Assembly: GCA_051362555.1 (NCBI GenBank)
Contig: CM120645.1
Span: forward strand, 7,688,001 to 7,752,000
Length of the DNA: 64,000 nucleotides
From: Lingula anatina
Lineage: Eukaryota > Animalia > Brachiopoda
Reading direction: 5' to 3'
Under the pieces are notes generated by a model. The model ran no database searches and was not told where the DNA came from. It saw only the letters and a list, made by a program, of their open reading frames with translations. A program made the position numbers and the translations under genes. Positions 13,544 through 26,400 of the stretch are shown here, piece after piece. The stretch's first letter is position 1; each line of letters begins with the position of its first letter.

Positions 13544-15784
13544 CAACATTTGTCAAAAAAGCTGTCCCACCTCCAGTTTTATGTGCTTTTATAGACAAAT
13601 GAGCACATCACAGGTGTTAATTGTTATGAACAGTGATTTTTATTCCAGATATCATAACTGAATTGATTAATGGTACCAAAAATACAAAATGACCGTGATG
13701 ACATTCATATTTTTAAAATATGTATTGAAATACAATTTATTCATATTTATGACATGTATTCCCTTAAATCCGATGTTTCGCTGAAATTTCCACATAGGTA
13801 AAGAAATGTCCATTAAATTGAAATAACACCATCAAACGTCACCAAATTTACACACAATAAGAATTAGTGTGCTCGTTAAAGGTCACTTGTCTAATATAGC
13901 GTGCGTGTCTACCGCGTACTGCAATTATCTCCTGCAGGCGGCCCGGCTTGCCTTCAACAAGGGTAACAATTCTGTTTTGTGGGATATTGTCCCATTCTTC
14001 ATAAAGAACTTTGCGGAGCTGGTCCAGATTATTAAGAGGAGAACCAACCTCTTAACAATCTGGACCAACTCCGCAGAGCTCATCAGAAAGAATGGGACAA
14101 TGTCCCACAAAACAGAATCGGTACCCTTGTTGAAGGCAAGCCGCACCGCCTCCAGGAGATAATTGCAGTAGGGGAGACCGGGGTTAGTTGGACCCCGGGG
14201 TAAGTTGGCCCCACGTCAATTTATGAAAAAGTAACTACGAGGTAAAAAAATTGGTCACATACTCTTGTAAAGTGACCGTAGCCTACAATGCTAAGGAAGT
14301 GTCGGACGTTAGAAAGTTTTACTTTAGCGGTGAGTCCAAATAAACGACTTTTGCACCTAAAAGTAATTTTGTTTATCAGAATTAAAAATCTTTTTTCAAA
14401 GGCTTTTGATCGAATATCATATATGTATAGGGCATCAAACTGAAGCTCTTTGTTTCAAGTTTCACAGAGATATATCATCGTTGCTCATTCTAGCATCATA
14501 AATGGTTGCCATCCTTTAAAATAAAAAAGGTGCACCCGGGGCTAGTGGGCCCCCTAGACTCGGGGCAAGTTGGACCCTCATATTACCCACAATCCTTTGC
14601 GCGCAACGCTGTTTGAAATAAACAAGTTGGTGAAATTGACAAAGCTTGCCGGTGTTTACCGTCTGATTGATTTCATTTAATTTGCTCTCTGGTGTCTTTC
14701 CGAAAATTTATATTAGAAATGTTCTGTTGATTGTATGTGTTAAAAGTAAATCCATTGGACTTTCCTAAGAAAAACATTTATTTTGCCTTAATTCATTTTA
14801 AGGGGATTCCCTTTGTATTTATAGTGTTATATGTGGTCCCAAGGGGATTTTCCACCCCTCCCTAGCTATAGACCATTGTTGAAACAAACTCAATGGTTTA
14901 AAACTGAATTTGTTACTTTCTTTTAAAACGAAAATTTATTATTCAATTTCATTCATTAAAAACCTGCTTTATACCATTATTTATTTATTTATTCTTAATT
15001 AAAACAAAAAATTTATTGATATTTTGGTTCTTGCCACACTCCCCCACCCCTACAACGTGGAAACCTCAATAAATCTGCCTCATTTGAACTATTTATTCAA
15101 CAAAGACTCTAAAATATCAATTTAATAAATTAAAAATGTATAAAAATGTATTTCAAGGCATTTACATGGGATATATACTTCATTTTCGTATAGGGGGCCA
15201 ACTTGCCCCGACCCTGGGGCCAACTTGCTCCGTGGCGGGGCAAGTTGGCCCCCTTGACGTCAACTGCGTCTTTTGTCAAATTGTGAGCCATCTGGCATTA
15301 TATTTGAAAAATAATGACGTTTTATACGTAGCTTAGTTCATGGGACTTACTTTGAAACCGGTTTTGTTACTCTAACCCATTCCTAGTTGGCTCTACAAGG
15401 CAAAAGTGTCTAACTGGGCCAACTAGCCCCGGTCTCCCCTACGCTATTAAACAAGTGACCTTTAAACGAGCACACCTTATTGCTAATTGTGTGTAAATTG
15501 GCTGACATATTGTGGTATTTTTTTTTTCAATGTATAATGAATATTTCTTAACTTCTGTGGAAATTACTGAAACATCGGATTTAATAGGGTACATGTTGTA
15601 AATGATGATAAATGACATTAATAGGTATCTTCACGGTCATTTCGCATTTTCTGTACCATTATTCATGATAGTTATGATATCTGGAATAAAAATCACTATT
15701 CATAACAATTTACATCTGTGCTGTGATCATTAGAAATAAAAGCACAAGAAACTGGAGGTGGGACAACCTTTTTGACTAAAGTTG
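13544..15784. mobile_element. Tc1-derived fold-back element (two transposase 3' ends joined head-to-head)
   Basis: TA flanks at 13542-13543 and 15785-15786. Arm 13544-14039 is the reverse complement of 14048-14170 plus 15440-15784. Both arms encode a Tc1 C-terminus, e.g. PLNNLDQLRKVLYEEWDNIPQNRIVTLVEGKPGRLQEIIAVRGRHARY*. Confidence 0.85.
14171..15439. mobile_element. Non-autonomous TA-targeting DNA transposon (pogo/Fot1-like termini) nested in the fold-back
   Basis: TIRs GGGGAGACCGGGGTTAGTTGG / CCAACTAGCCCCGGTCTCCCC, TA duplicated at 14169-14170 and 15440-15441, repeated CGGGGCAAGTTGGCCCC-like subterminal motifs, no transposase ORF. Confidence 0.85.
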
Positions 15785-17337
15785 TATAATAGGGGGATAC
15801 GTCATTTGAGAAGTCTGACATTTAAGACAATCTAAATGATGGCTCATCCTGTAATTGTTGTCACGATTATGTTTTATTGCCGGATACATTTATGTACACC
15901 CCAGAAAGTGATGTGCAAGGCGCATTTTCAGGCACCAAATTACTGATCCACTGTTACCACCGTTGCGCCAGTCAGTTACTTAATGTTTGAGCTGATCGAA
16001 TTAAGAGCAATAGCAACAAGTATTTTAGAGATGAAATATGTTTCATTTATCTTATTTATTCATTTAACGGCTTCATAATGAACTGACAAAACAAAATGCA
16101 TTGTTACAAGACGGTATTTGTACTTTTTTCTTTTTTTTTCTTCAAGAAGTATATATGTATTGATGAGGCAGTGTATGGTTAGAACAGTGTGAACACAACC
16201 TAAGAACCCAACCTAAGCCGGATAACAGCTTCGTCAGTTAATAAATGTGTTCCTGTGAATATATCTACCTTTCGCAATCAACATCGATCTACGCGCCAGA
16301 CTGTCAGTGTGCTATACGTATGTGACGATTTGCGCATGTTCTTTGAGGTGGTCAAATATCCCATGTTTGATTGTGCCCTTTTCAAGACGCATTGGCAGCT
16401 GAAACTGTAATTAGACGAACTTAAGGAGAAGTTAAATTAACAGGCGAGAGGCGGAGATGGTTCAGATGGTGTTGAATTCCTGGACTGCAACAGAGTAGCA
16501 AAGGCAGATTATATCAAGGATAGGCAGAATGGTATTATGTTTGTATCGTTCATCTCTTACCTAAGCTGACCCCAGATTATACATGTAAGCAGCTCACAAA
16601 CTTTGATCGCAGTCGATTTGATAACCCAAGGTATGTTTTCCTTAGCCAATACATTTTGTAGCCATTTATAAGTAGTATAATTTGTTGAACTGTATAAATA
16701 CTACAAGCTTGAATATGAGTTTCATTCTTTATTTCAACAATTCGATTTTGTCACGCAGATATTCCTTGTTAATGCAGAAATTTAAAAAGTCATCAAATAT
16801 TTCCAATTGAACGATTTCATATTGAACAAAACTGTGCTTTAATTAGTAGTGGTATTCGACAACCATTAGAGATGTTTTCAGTTGAGGTAATTACTCGATC
16901 TTTTCAATGGGAGAAAATTGTGAATTTTACAGATCCTTTATTTTTTAAAGTCATTATTACTTTAAATTACAGCTAATTAGAAATTTAAAAAAATAAAAAG
17001 CAGGCTACTCTATAGTTTTAGTCTATGCAGTGAAAGCTCCACAAATGCCAAACAGAGACATATTTTTGTGATAACAAAATTAAGAATCTGAAAGTTTGAT
17101 GAGTTTTGCCCGACCTGAAGATCGAGTACTTACTGTATATATCTCTCTTAAAGTAATGAAGTTTGTCACTGTCAGTTTCTCAAATGTAGCGATTTTTTAA
17201 ATGACCAGTCCAATATATGGTCATCTTAACGTAAATATCAATATCTACAACGAGCAATACCATAAGTTTGAGTTAGAGTTGGTAAAAATGTTGTACGTTT
17301 CAGATCTGTTCTTCTAAAACATATAAGAATCATTTAA

Positions 17338-17619
17338 AGGTACACTCCATGGGATTGAAAATGCCAAAAATGCTTAATTTTGCCATCGGCAGCTTCTTAA
17401 AAATCTTACATACACATTAAAAACGGTTTAAATCCTTAAATATTTTTTCTGGGGCGTACCTGATGATGATTTTTCCATTGGAGCTTATAGGAAATTGCTG
17501 TTATAATGACTGGTCAGTCATTTAAGCTAAAATCAACCTTTATAAATTTTATCAAAGGTCGAATCCAAGTGCAGAGAGGGAAAAATCCATATGGGCGGGA
17601 AATCTTATGGAGTGTACCT
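17338..17619. mobile_element. Kolobok-like MITE
   Basis: TIRs AGGTACACTCCAT / ATGGAGTGTACCT flanked by TTAA / TTCA. Confidence 0.7.
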
Positions 17620-18067
17620 TTCAGTATTATAATTAAGACAATGCCTACATGAATGTATTTTCCAATGAATTTTTTCGGTCAAGAATTTAAACCTTTGATT
17701 CAGACCGATTTTTAAAATGAACACATCCACTGCAAATAAGACGCTTTCTGTGGTATATGACATGTAATATGATAGTTAAAGCGGTGCTTTGTGAACACGT
17801 TTTTAATACTAACCTTGAATATCTGTCATTCTTGACTCTGTCATGGGTGTTTAGTAACCTTTTGGGTCCCAACTGTATTTCATGACATTTCTTTGCTATC
17901 CAGGGTCGTGCGTTTTTTTTTTTTTTTTTTTTTTCGGAGAAGAGTTAGCGAGGATTTACAACCGTAGATTGTGCAAGTCTTAATCTTCTTACTGTTATTG
18001 CTGCTTTCAGACAACGAAGACTTATTTCGCACAAGCACCAGGACATAGTCGCCTTTAACAAGCAAAA

Positions 18068-20392
18068 ATGGACCGCAGAAAGAACAAGGTGTCACCGATT
18101 CTCCAGGCGTCGGCATGCAACACGTCCCAGAGATCATTGAGAGCCGGGGGGTTTCGCTTTGGTGCGGACAGTCCCGAATCGATGACCCACTCTCAGCTGG
18201 ACTTGGCCATCATGGAGATGATGAACATAAACCCCACAAGAACACCCTGGCAGATATGTGAAGGTAAGTACAGTTCATTATTACAAAATGGCGAATTAAG
18301 GATTTTTGGGCGGCGGTGGTGATGGGGGGGGATAAAACATGTTGCTGAGCGCAGTAAAGCAAATATTTCATAGCAGACGACGACAGTTTTACTGTAACAT
18401 ATTTGTTGGGAACAGGGATGAAATAAAATGCTTGATATTGTTACATTTCGCTTGATATGCTGTTTCGCGGAAAGGTGATTTCTAAGAAGCTAGAGGGGCA
18501 CGTAGCCTGAATCTGCCGTTTTCTAGTGTGTGTGTGCCGTAAATGATCCCTGAGATGACCAAAAAGCGTGACAATACTATTCTGGAAGATTTCTTTTTCA
18601 TCATTACATATACAGCTGCAAAACGGACTGGTAGGCCTATGTCTGTGTCCCAGATTGAAGCGCTGTTTTAGTGTTATTTTTGGCTAAGAATAAAATAGTT
18701 TAAAATACACAGCAATGTTTGGATAGACAAAATTGTTTGTTATATAGTAAGACAAATCTAACCTCTTTCACATGAAAGTGCACCCATTGTAATCCAACGC
18801 CTAGGAATATAAAATTTTGACAGACTTTCTAAGCTGATCACCCACTGCTGTTACCCAGTATCGTGGGCGTGCAGATATCTATTTTCATTTTTTTCTCGCC
18901 GTGTGCAAAATTTCAGTAGCATCCAAGCCTCCATCTTCGCATTTTCTTGCTAACCGAAACAGGGGTATATTGATTTTTTCCTAATAATACAATAAATGTA
19001 AATAAGTTTGGCTGGTGTTCAAGAAATCGAGCAAATATTCTGTAAGCTGTTCCTGTTTTCTCCACATGGGATATTAATCTACAAGATCTAACCTGGAAAT
19101 TCGTTTAGAAATGAACATGCTATTCTATTTTGGAAGTATGAAATATTGCGTGTGTTATAAACCCCAAAGTAAACCACGGCTAGCGCGTAGAACAAAAGAC
19201 GCGGCCGTGCTGTATTCGACATACAAGCACGTCATGTACGAGTGCGCTCCACGGTCTGTTGCATTACTAGTGTAGTAGCCAATCAGAGGCCGTGGTTTAA
19301 GCCAGATACAACACTCGTCTCCGAGCTGTACGTGAAAATTACTCGTGTATTGTCTCGCCTGCGGCTCGCCAATACACTCGTAATATTTCACGTACAGCTC
19401 GGCGACTCTTTTTGTATCTGACTTAATTGTCATGTTCCTATCACTAAACAAAAGAAAGAAAAGCTTGGAGATTGAGCTTTAAATAGTGACTACTTTAAAT
19501 AGTGCCTTATCACTGGCAACAGATACCTTCCAATTGTTCCGCAAGGACAAATAATTATGCCTTTTACTGGTGACTTACAAAAAATGGCACATTTTGTGTG
19601 GTTAGCAGTCTTCAATATTCATAATTTTACTTTTTTTAATAAAACCTATGAGCATAAATAACACTCACAATTAAGGAAATGGTTTGAAACGATATCGAGG
19701 GACACCTCATAGAATATTTAGTACATTTGCTAGCCATTGTTCCGGTGATCAGACTTGATCACTTTCTTGAGATTTAACGAAATACGGCATGCGGTTCTAG
19801 CGGAAACGCGGAATAATGTACCGGTGGCATTGTACAGGCAATAATATGATAATCAATAGTTGAACATAGACTTTAGGAAATGAGGCACCACCGATTTAAT
19901 AAACGGTCACATTAACAGCCTTATTGATACCTTGCACCGATATGCAGTATTTCAACTCGGTCTTTCTGTAGCCTCTACTTGAGAAGACACTTCATCATCA
20001 CGTATTTCTGGTGTTTGTTTATTACATTGCATGTGTGCATGTTTTCTTCACCCAGGAACATGACCTTGGCGCGCATTCTGTTTTGCCGATGAGACATATT
20101 TGATGAAAACCTGTGAAATATATCTGTCAAAGAGTATCTTTTGTTAAGGGCCCGAATTTATTGAGCTTGCTTAACAACATCTGGTCTAGTATGTTTTGTT
20201 GATATACTCAAAAAGACATGCCATCAATAATCCCGCTTTTCGCCCAAAGTGTTGAAATGTATCGTTTAAATTTCAAGTAATTATCATTTTCTATTTACAT
20301 GTATCTTTCATTTTAGATGAAACTGAGACGCAACCTTAGAGTTTTATTAAGATATATTAACTGCGATTATCATTGGTTTTCACTTTGCAGGG

Positions 20393-20476
<84 letters not shown>

Positions 20477-23400
20477 AGAGAGCGCGCTCGCGTGTGTGTT
20501 AATATGCACGCCACTGTTCCTAACAGTAAAGCATACTTCAGTTGATGTTTTCTATGTACCGTTAGGTAACCCAATAACGACCAAGGGAAAGCGACTGCAA
20601 ATGGCAAAAATGCTGATGCTCACGCTGTTTCCTTGTCTAGTTCTTATGGGTATAACGGCAGGGATATGGGGCCAAAGGATTGTCTCTTACGTAAAGGTGA
20701 CCGCACTTCAACAGGCAAGTATGTGGCGTATTTTTACAGAAGGTCATATGGTGACGTCATTATATACCAAGTAACAAAACACTAATGATGTGTGACGTGT
20801 AATTTGTAAATTAATGATAAGACATTATATACAAGAGAAGTTAATGACGAGTCTTAAATAATTCCATTGTGAAAATTGGATGATTGATTGGAAAAGGCGT
20901 TGTGGTAATATTTGTCTCGCATGCGTCAGTGTCTTTTATTTCTATTCTAGACAATCGGGCAATGTATCAACGTTGAAAGATTTGTCAAAAACTTGCAAGA
21001 TGAGAGAGATAAGAGTGTTCTCTATTTGAGCGAGATTGGTAGAGGTAAATAGCTTACCACAATATAATCCCCTCTTGGTTTGAATTACTTAACTGTTTTC
21101 ATTAAATTATAATGTTTTTTTAAATTAATTGATCAGTTAAATGTGTTATTAATGTTGTGAACTGATTATTGATATCAGTATGCCTGAATGTCATTTTTGT
21201 CATTTTTAAAGTAGTGAGTGTACCCAGATAGATACTATATAAAACATTCAGGAATCTATTACTTTCATGACCAGTGTGAACATAAGAAGAGATGAAAAGA
21301 CGAAAACAAAAGAAGGATGGCGGTTTAAGATACCAGTAGCTATGTTGAAAGAAAAAAATACTAATGTAGCCATGTGGACAGCACACCACAAAATACACCA
21401 CAAATAGTTAATAGTTAAAGTTAACACTTAAAGAAGGAGAGAGATATTAGATACGTTTGAGAATAACAGAAATTGAAATTATGGAAAAGCTGCAAGCAAA
21501 CGTAGAAATTCTTAAATATCCATAAATGCCAAATCACATCACCGTAAACATGCCATCGTGGACCGTAATTTTTGTCCATAGAAAAGAACTCTATATGGGA
21601 TATGATAGTGTCAAAATTTCAAAGTAACTTTGATCATGTTGCATGTTTCAGGCTGTTAGTGTTGTTTCCCTGTTTGGCCCAGCTTCATTCAGGCACTAAC
21701 TACTCTGTGGACCGTAATTTTACTCAGTGTCTAGACAAAATCACAGCGCATATGCGCCATCTTTTTCCTATTCTCTATCCTAGCTGTATTAATTATACGT
21801 GTTGTGTAACAGAGTTGGATGTAAATCGGTGTTGTCGGTTTCTGTTCGTCACCTCCCGATTTGAAAATAAGATTTTACTCCGAATGACCTCTGGCGTTAT
21901 ATGTGTCCAGCGGAAGATTTTCCTGCGAAAAAAATCCACACTGCGAATTTTCTTGGGGTTTTAGGTTTCTTTTAGGAACTAGCAACCTTTGATCCTCCTT
22001 TCTTGACACTTAATTGCCATAACTAATGTGTAACAGCCTGGGAAAATTGAAAAGTCCTCAAATTCCGTCATCACTTCGAGCGCTGACGTTCGAATTGCAT
22101 GCACGTGAATGAAAACTCTGTCTTCCTGGCATTTATTTTGAAAACGATTGGAATTTATATCTTGTCCTAAGATAAATTTAACAAGGAGTGACTTATGTAC
22201 ATAATGTACTTCACGTTTTTAAAAAAACTAGTTTGAAACCTTAATATATCCTTAAAAAAACACATTTTAAGATGCTTTGGCGGTTCGACGATGTGTTTGC
22301 TGTTTTTCATGATCTGTGTATTTTTGTCATACCCCATAGCTTTCAACATTTGTAGTTTAGTCTTGAAGCAGTTTTTTCACATTTCCTAATCCCGAGTAGT
22401 AGGGTATTCTTAAACGAGAAAAAATAATAAACACAATTCCTATATGCTGTTTTATATTTGACCGCCTTCATATAATATATGAAAATGCAGTAGTATCGAA
22501 GAAGCAAAGAAGCATTAACGCAGAAGTGGTGTGGAGCATACATGTATTTGCAGTAGAAATGCAGTATAGCCTACTGCAATTCTACTCCAAAAAGTACGTA
22601 GGTTTGTACAGAGAGGAGCATTAATGCAGTAGATTAGCAGCATGATAGAAGCATGTTTCAAATATACTAATTAGCTCCCAAATCGAAGCAGATTTGAGGC
22701 ATGTTTGCAGTATGATTGCAGTAGTCTACTGCGTTTTCGTGCGGGATGCTAAATCCACATGAGATTTTACAGCTTCTCTTTACTTATTTGTAATGTATTT
22801 TTGATAATAACACTACTACCCTTTTGAGGAATAATGAACAGATTTGATGCGCTTGCACTTTCCACAGGTTTCAAACGTGAGCTTACAATGAACTGTCCTT
22901 TATGGCTATATTTTATCACGTGGTTAAGGCTAAGTAACTATGAACGCTAATATACTTATCTTTTTGGTTGTAGGTGTACAGGGAAAAGGTGTGTTTTGCT
23001 GTTTTGTAATATCGGTTACCTTTCAAAACGTCTCATAGTCTGCAATTAGTTCCTTTGTAAATTGCTGTTGTTAATAGAAGTGGGCAACTTTGGCTTACTT
23101 GATTTTTAGATTTCTGAGTACCTTATAGCTTACAATAGCGTGTGTCAGCAATGATGACTGCATTCCTTTTGTTTTATTGGGCAACTACAACTTACAATAA
23201 AGTGTGTCAACAGTGAAGCTTACTCATATTTTGGATTTCTGACAACCTTATAACTTACAATAGAGTGTGTCATCAATGAAATAAGTTATATAAAAAATTC
23301 CTAGAGTTTAAGCTTACATTTTGGGCAACTTTGTCTTACTCGATTTTTGGATTTCTGAGTACCTTATAGCTTACAATAAAGCGTGTCAATAACGAAGACT

Positions 23401-26400
23401 GCACTTCTTTTGTTTGCCCAATTAAACAAAAGGAATGCAGTCATCATTGTTGACGCACTCTATTGTAAGCTATAAGGTACTCAGAAATCCAAAAATCGAG
23501 TAAGCCAAAGTTGCCCACTTCTACAGTTGTTGATGGTCAGTAAATTGCATTTTGCTAGGTGGACGCTCTATTAGACAAGCTATGGCTGTGGTTGAGGTGA
23601 AAACTGCTAACTAAAAATCCCAAATCTCTTTTATTGCCATCTGTTTTGTATAGATGTTATGTAACCTGATTTTGTTTCTATGTTTAATGTCCGTCTCACC
23701 ATCGATATTTTCAAATGTATCCAAAAATTGTATTTAAAATATCATTAAAAACCCCTTCGCAAATTAAATTTGGGTCAAGCGATGCCCAAATTAGTGAGAA
23801 AATAAAAGTCCAAATAACATACAAAGTTCATAAATGTATACCAATTTTCTTGGTTCATATATCTTACAAATTTATACTGAAACAGAATAATGAGACTGGG
23901 CTGAAACCTCCCCCATTAAAAAACATTCTGCTGCAATGAAAGAATCATATCCATTGAGAACCAAAAAGGTCTAACCAAAGGTAAAAGAAATTTAGGAAAA
24001 ACATTTGTGTTGTAGACACACAGCCATAGCGTGAAATATTTCTTTGAATGGCACACTCTCGTTATTCTGTTGCTCATAACCGTAATAACCGGTTACTTTC
24101 CCTTATTTTCCATCTAACTCAATATTACAGACCCAAGGGCAAAACAAGAGCTCCTGAGCCAATATCCATTGACTGATAAAGCTTATGAAGACCTTCCGTT
24201 GTGGCCATTACGTGCAATTAGCAGCAAGTCACACTACCAGTCAAAAGAAGCCTTTTTGGCGTACCTGAATGAGCACCGATATGAATTTTTTAGCCAGGGA
24301 AAAACCGAAAGGACTGAATTGGCGTTTTACACAGAGCACATCAACATGTTCCTACAGTGGTTGTTCTCTCTGGCAGATGGCGTGAGTTTAGTTTGTATTA
24401 TATTTAGCACTCTTTAAATGCAGGCTTCCCTTTTCCGCCAACTTCCGCTAACTTTGGACAGTTTAAATATTAATTAGCCCAACTACTCACATATAGCTCC
24501 ATAAAGGGTGACGGAGGAGACCAAAATTGAACAGAATTGTGCCAGAAATGTGATGTCATGTGGCGTCAAGTGGTGTAAGACGCGAAGCTGAGTGGTCATT
24601 TTTAGCTGGAGGTGAACGGGAGTAAAGACGTGGACTCGGAGAACAAAACAATTTTTCTAACAACACGTTAAGATAATTTATCTTTATGCATTTGGGGCAG
24701 AGAATACTTGTAGAAATAATAGGAGCATGATATGAAAACGTGTCACGGAATTTTAAGGGTGAAAAACAGTGTTTAATTTGCAGACAATTTGTTTTGAAAT
24801 ATATGCTGCATCGACCGCCGGCGCGACAAAGAGCGTCAAGGGAAAAGAATTCCCGGGATGTTATTAATCATTGTCATGTTGAATTTTTGCATGTATGCAA
24901 TCTGTTATGCCCACATCTAAATATAATTTAGGTACTTTATGGTATGTGCTGCAATTATGATGATGTTTTAGAGTCTTTGAAGGTCCTTGTGAAAACCAGA
25001 AAGTAGTTGGCAACTGAAAACTGAACCGTACCGAGCCACGACTGCTGTGCAAAGATGTATATTTTTTTAAATATTGTGACAATTTTTAGACGTTTATATG
25101 TCCATCTGTCATGAAATTCCACACATATGATAACACTTATTTACCTTTTACACAAGGGTAGGCACTAATTAGTGACAAATGCCAAGACAAAGGTTATCAT
25201 GCTCCTATTATTTCTACAAGTATTCTCTACCCCAAATGCATAAAGATAAAATGTTATCTTACCGTGTTGCTTTTTTCTCTAAGCCCACGTCTTCATTCCC
25301 ATTCACCTTCAGCTAAAAATGACCACTCAGCTTTACGTCTTACACCACTGCACGTCACTTCCGCCACAATTCTGATCAATTCTGGTCTCCTCCGGTACTT
25401 CTTAATATATATGTTTTTTTCCAAAGGTAATATACATGTATATATTCATTTTCAATGTTGAATTTTTTGCTGGGCAACTTCTGAACTAATTTTTGACTCA
25501 GGTGCAACGATTTATCAACCCTGTGTGTTGTTGGGTATATTGTGATCAACCCATATTTTTATTTCCCGGTTTTGGCAGCGGGTAGCTACCGGATCAGTGT
25601 GGAAGGAAATAGTAGCATTTCTGCACATGGCTGATGCTAAAACAAAGCTGGGAACCGAGCGAGCTCTTGGGGTTTATTACTTCACCAAGGGACACTTCGA
25701 TAACGCCGAAAACTACCTCCAGTTCATCGAGTCGCAAGACAATGCCAATACCACTGTTGCAAGTGCGTCTCTATATTCTTCACTCGTGGGGCAGGTATTC
25801 CGCAGGGAATTTTTGGACAACAAATCCCTTACTGACGACATCAAATTTATGCGCGCGTCTATAGTACATGTAGAAGATCCATTTGAAAAGAGCAACGGCT
25901 CCTTGTCGCTTGCACGGTACTGGTTCGACAACCTTACCTACCAAATGGACGTGATGTTGCACATACAGCAACTACTTTGTGAAAGTATGATTGAGACCTT
26001 GAGAGTTAGGGAGAAGGAAGAAGTTATAGAACTCGGCGGTAATTAACTTTATGAGATCAAGATTCGTTTTCACCATCAAAAATTACAAATTTATTAATGT
26101 AATAAAGGAATTACCTTTTTTTTTTAACTTACATTAATAACCTTGACGTACTTTTAGCTGAATGAATGAATCTTGAATTGATCTCATAAAACTGATAAAT
26201 AAATCTAGACAAAACTGTTTTCAGATCATCGGTAATTAAGCTACAAAATGAGACCAAATCAAATTATGTATTATTTTGCATTCAGATGCATTATTATAAG
26301 TGATGACACAGTTGTAGGAGAGTTGGTCAAGAAACGGAGTTTCCTGGCTCCATGCACGTGTCGTTGTCCCTGTTTTGAGATTAATTGATATTTGTTGATG

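Noticed and set aside
13869-14162. Mirror-image ORFs on both strands suggesting a sense/antisense gene pair
   Set aside because: They result from the Tc1 palindrome; the meaningful frame is the transposase C-terminus.
19155-19451. GC-richer patch with a CCAAT box and a 98-aa minus-strand ORF
   Set aside because: No recognisable domain or splice pattern; the AAACCACGGC / GCCGTGGTTT inverted pair suggests a repeat relic that I cannot classify.
20373-20565. N-terminal CV/RE repeat part of the 133-aa ORF
   Set aside because: Intronic (TG)n(AG)n microsatellite; the real exon starts at 20566.
22410-22745. Degenerate GCAGTA/AGCAT repeats ending TTTTCGTGCGGG
   Set aside because: May be a CACTA-like relic, but no matching left terminus or TSD could be identified.
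23077-23521. Repeat-spacer-like array considered as CRISPR
   Set aside because: Units are irregular, end in an inverted copy, lie in a spliceosomal intron and have no cas genes nearby.
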